Assembly (NCBI GenBank): GCA_028698185.1
Contig: JAQVDW010000035.1
Coordinates: 1 to 16,643 of the forward strand
DNA length: 16,643 nucleotides
From: Erysipelotrichaceae bacterium
Lineage (GTDB): Bacteria > Bacillota_I > Bacilli_A > Erysipelotrichales > Coprobacillaceae
Reading direction: 5' to 3'
Shown: positions 13,384-16,643 of the stretch, piece after piece
Numbering within the stretch: the stretch's first letter is position 1
How the letters are laid out: the number at the start of each line of letters is the position of its first letter
Translations under genes and position numbers: made by a program
Notes under the pieces: generated by a model
Told to the model about the DNA's origin: nothing
The model's database searches: none
The model's input: only the letters and a program-made list of their open reading frames with translations

Positions 13384-14388
13384 CTATATCAGGAATGATT
13401 GCATCAGGTTGAAAAGGTAACCTACCACAATTATTCCGAATGTGCAGATTGCGATAAATGTCCCAAGCAAACGGGGCTTGATCGCCTTTTTGAGCATGAC
13501 CAGCGAAGGCAAAGACAAAGTTGTCACAGCCATCATGAAAGCCAGCACGACTCCCAGCTGGGCTCCCTTTGCCAGCAGGGCTTCGGCCACCGGAATCGTC
13601 CCGAAAATGTCGGCGTATACCGGTACCCCCAGCACCGTGGCCATGATCACCCCGAACGGGTTCTTGTTGCCAAGCACCGCGGTGATCCATCCGGTCGGGA
13701 TCCAGTTGTGGATGAGTGCTCCAATTCCGACCCCGACAATGATGTAAGGGAACACTTTTTTGAAAGTCTCCCCAACCTGTTCTCGGGCATAATCGATACG
13801 CTGCTTGACATCCATGCTCGCAGCCTCAACCTCATTCATCTTCGCCGATTTGATGAAGTCCTCGACATAATCGTCCATTTTCATCTTCTCGATCAAAGTT
13901 CCGCCAATAACCGCGATGACCAGGCCGACCACCACATAAACCAGGGCAACCTTGTAGCCAAAGATGCTCATAAGCAGGATCAGCGAACCCAAGTCGACCA
14001 TCGGCGAGGAGATCAAAAACGAGAATGTCACCCCCAAAGGCAATCCGGAGCTGGTGAAGCCAATAAAAAGGGGAATCGACGAGCAGGAACAAAACGGGGT
14101 TACCGTCCCGAGCAAGGCCGCCATGATATTGGCCCTGAGGCCCGAAAACCGTCCCATGATCTTCTTGCTTTTCTCTGGTGGAAAATAGCTTTGGATATAT
14201 GAGATGACGAAAATCAGGGTGCAAAGCAAAATGACAATCTTGATCACGTCGTAGAGGAAAAACTGGATACTTCCACCAATACGCGTGGTGATATCGATAT
14301 TCAACCTCCCCAACAAATCGCCGATAAGCGAGTTGAGCCATTTCATCGCCAATATTTCATTTTGTATGAACAACCATATGTTTTCCAT
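13384..14388 (-). CDS. Full-length ArsP_1/YraQ-family permease with a vicinal-Cys motif
   Basis: 334 aa and polytopic. TVTPFCSCSSIPLFIGF carries the C-x-C pair known from ArsP-type permeases, and a C-terminal repeat unit is present. GGAGGTAA SD upstream. Confidence 0.75.
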   Translation of the reverse strand: MENIWLFIQNEILAMKWLNSLIGDLLGRLNIDITTRIGGSIQFFLYDVIKIVILLCTLIFVISYIQSYFPPEKSKKIMGRFSGLRANIMAALLGTVTPFCSCSSIPLFIGFTSSGLPLGVTFSFLISSPMVDLGSLILLMSIFGYKVALVYVVVGLVIAVIGGTLIEKMKMDDYVEDFIKSAKMNEVEAASMDVKQRIDYAREQVGETFKKVFPYIIVGVGIGALIHNWIPTGWITAVLGNKNPFGVIMATVLGVPVYADIFGTIPVAEALLAKGAQLGVVLAFMMAVTTLSLPSLVMLKKAIKPRLLGTFIAICTFGIIVVGYLFNLMQSFLI

Positions 14389-14430
14389 AAATTACCTCCA
14401 AATTCGATGCCTTAGGCTTCTTGTACTTGA

Positions 14431-14459
14431 AGTATAATCGATATATCGATGGATGTCAA
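14431..14459 (-). promoter_or_regulatory. Sigma-A promoter TTGACA-N17-TATACT with a perfect 14-bp palindromic operator in the spacer
   Basis: On the minus strand, -35 is at 14459..14454 and -10 at 14436..14431. The spacer contains ATCGATATATCGAT (14437-14450). Confidence 0.6.
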
Positions 14460-14466
14460 TATGAAA

Positions 14467-15303
14467 TCAGCTGTTTACCAGCCGAATGCCCGCCAGGATC
14501 AACACGACACCTGCAATCGCGACTAGACCGAGCATTTCTTGCAAGAACAGGTAGCTCGAGACCAGACCGACAACCGGAACGAGGAGCAAAGCTGTCGAAG
14601 CCTTCGATGCGGGTATTTTCGTCAGGATGTTGCTCCAGAGCACAAAGGCGAAAGCGGAGGCAACCACTCCCGAGAACAACAGGTACCCCACGGCTGCAAC
14701 GTTTGCAGTCACTTTGATATTCTCAAAACCAAAGGCATAGCCAAACAGGATCACGGTTCCAATGATCATCTGCCAGGAAGTGAACTGGATCTTGTTGCAA
14801 TCCTGAAGTTTTGTCTTTATGATCAGATTGGCGATGGCCCAGGAAACCGCCGATGACAACCCAAGAACAACATAGGAAAAGTCGCCCGCGAAACCGGTGA
14901 TGTTCAACGCCAGACCCAGACCGATCATCCCCAGGACGATACCGCAAAACTTCAAAGGTGTGAGTCGTTCTCCCGGGATGAAGAAATGGGCCAGGATCGA
15001 GAAAAACAGCGGCATCGAATACGTCAGCACCGAAACCAATCCGGCGTTGAGGTATTTCAAGGAAACCTGGATGGCCAGATTGAAATATGCGGTCTGGAAT
15101 ATCCCTACCAGGACAAACCACTTGACCTTCGACTTTTCGACCCGGGGCACCTTGGCAAACAGACCCACGCCAAAGAGCACCATCGAACCGACCAAAAAAC
15201 GCAAGGCGGCGAACATGACCGGGGAGAATAAACCATTCGCCTGTTTCATTATGACAAAATTGAATCCCCAGATCAGACATAACAATACCAGCAGGAAATT
15301 CAT
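14467..15303 (-). CDS. EamA/DMT-family transporter
   Basis: 278 aa with about 10 TM segments and two EamA-like halves (starts MNFLLVLLCLIWGFNFVIMK). The start is 4 nt after the GH1 stop. Confidence 0.85.
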   Translation of the reverse strand: MNFLLVLLCLIWGFNFVIMKQANGLFSPVMFAALRFLVGSMVLFGVGLFAKVPRVEKSKVKWFVLVGIFQTAYFNLAIQVSLKYLNAGLVSVLTYSMPLFFSILAHFFIPGERLTPLKFCGIVLGMIGLGLALNITGFAGDFSYVVLGLSSAVSWAIANLIIKTKLQDCNKIQFTSWQMIIGTVILFGYAFGFENIKVTANVAAVGYLLFSGVVASAFAFVLWSNILTKIPASKASTALLLVPVVGLVSSYLFLQEMLGLVAIAGVVLILAGIRLVNS

Positions 15304-15307
15304 GGCA

Positions 15308-16527
<1,220 letters not shown>

Positions 16528-16643
16528 ATAGCGATAGGTAAGATTTTGATGTCATCTCCATCTTTTCCCCCGCTCCACACCGTGCATGCGACTTTCACCG
16601 CACACGGCGTTCCATCTAATTCTCTTTTAATCAATTTCAGTTA
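16528..16643 (-). mobile_element. Group II intron, 3' terminal part (end of domain IV, domain V at 16610..16577, domain VI at 16574..16530, 3' end at 16528); the rest lies beyond the right edge
   Basis: Domain V is ACGCCGTGTGCGGTGAAAGTCGCATGCACGGTGT: 34 nt, GAAA loop, 2-nt bulge and a basal CGC triad containing a G.U pair. Domain VI is a helix with a bulged A at 16535, 7 nt before the 3' end, which reads ...CGCTAT. The intron is on the same strand as the interrupted GH1 gene. Confidence 0.85.

Noticed and set aside
13399-14202. 267-aa plus-strand ORF, plus several other ORFs inside 13370..14388
   Set aside because: It is antisense or alternate-frame to the well-supported ArsP_1-type permease. 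Its composition is dominated by H, R, D and Q, typical of the reverse frame of a membrane protein gene, and it has no SD.
12610-14388. ArsM-ArsP style methylation and efflux pair (methyltransferase next to a vicinal-Cys permease)
   Set aside because: The two genes are separate transcription units, with a terminator and an extended -10 promoter between them. Four of the methyltransferase's five cysteines sit in the N-terminal zinc ribbon and the lone catalytic-domain Cys (in TCTEVIEH) is unpaired, so the ArsM-type catalytic Cys arrangement is absent. No ArsR or ArsC gene is nearby. The link is possible but unsupported.

Overview
This looks like a chromosomal segment from a low-GC Gram-positive (Bacillota-like) organism. 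The signals are GGAGG-type Shine-Dalgarno sites, extended -10 promoters, cre boxes and hairpin plus T-run terminators. Most genes are on the minus strand and most appear to have their own promoter. From left to right the window contains: (1) a lactose/cellobiose-family PTS operon, EIIA-EIIB-EIIC, with EIIC running off the left edge, driven by a sigma-A promoter whose -35 is overlapped by a cre box. (2) A DUF3284-like gene that appears leaderless. (3) An 872-aa LevR-family PRD regulator whose AAA+/sigma-54 module has lost the Walker A Lys, the Walker B Glu and the GAFTGA loop. (4) A DUF1848 Cys-cluster protein, a GyrI-like protein, a truncated NmrA-like remnant, a small Cys/His ORF and an HD hydrolase. 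(5) A lipoprotein esterase. (6) A permease split into two half-size genes. (7) An orphan EncFtn-like half-ferritin. (8) An ABC-2 ATPase/permease pair. (9) A Zn-ribbon SAM methyltransferase. (10) A full-length ArsP_1-type permease and an EamA transporter. (11) A GH1 6-phospho-beta-glucosidase. The strongest non-obvious signal is at the right edge: the GH1 gene is interrupted inside a conserved codon by the 3' end (domains V and VI with a branch-point A) of a same-strand group II intron. I saw no CRISPR array, rRNA or tRNA gene, or defence-like operon. All family assignments come from reading motifs by eye; no searches were run.
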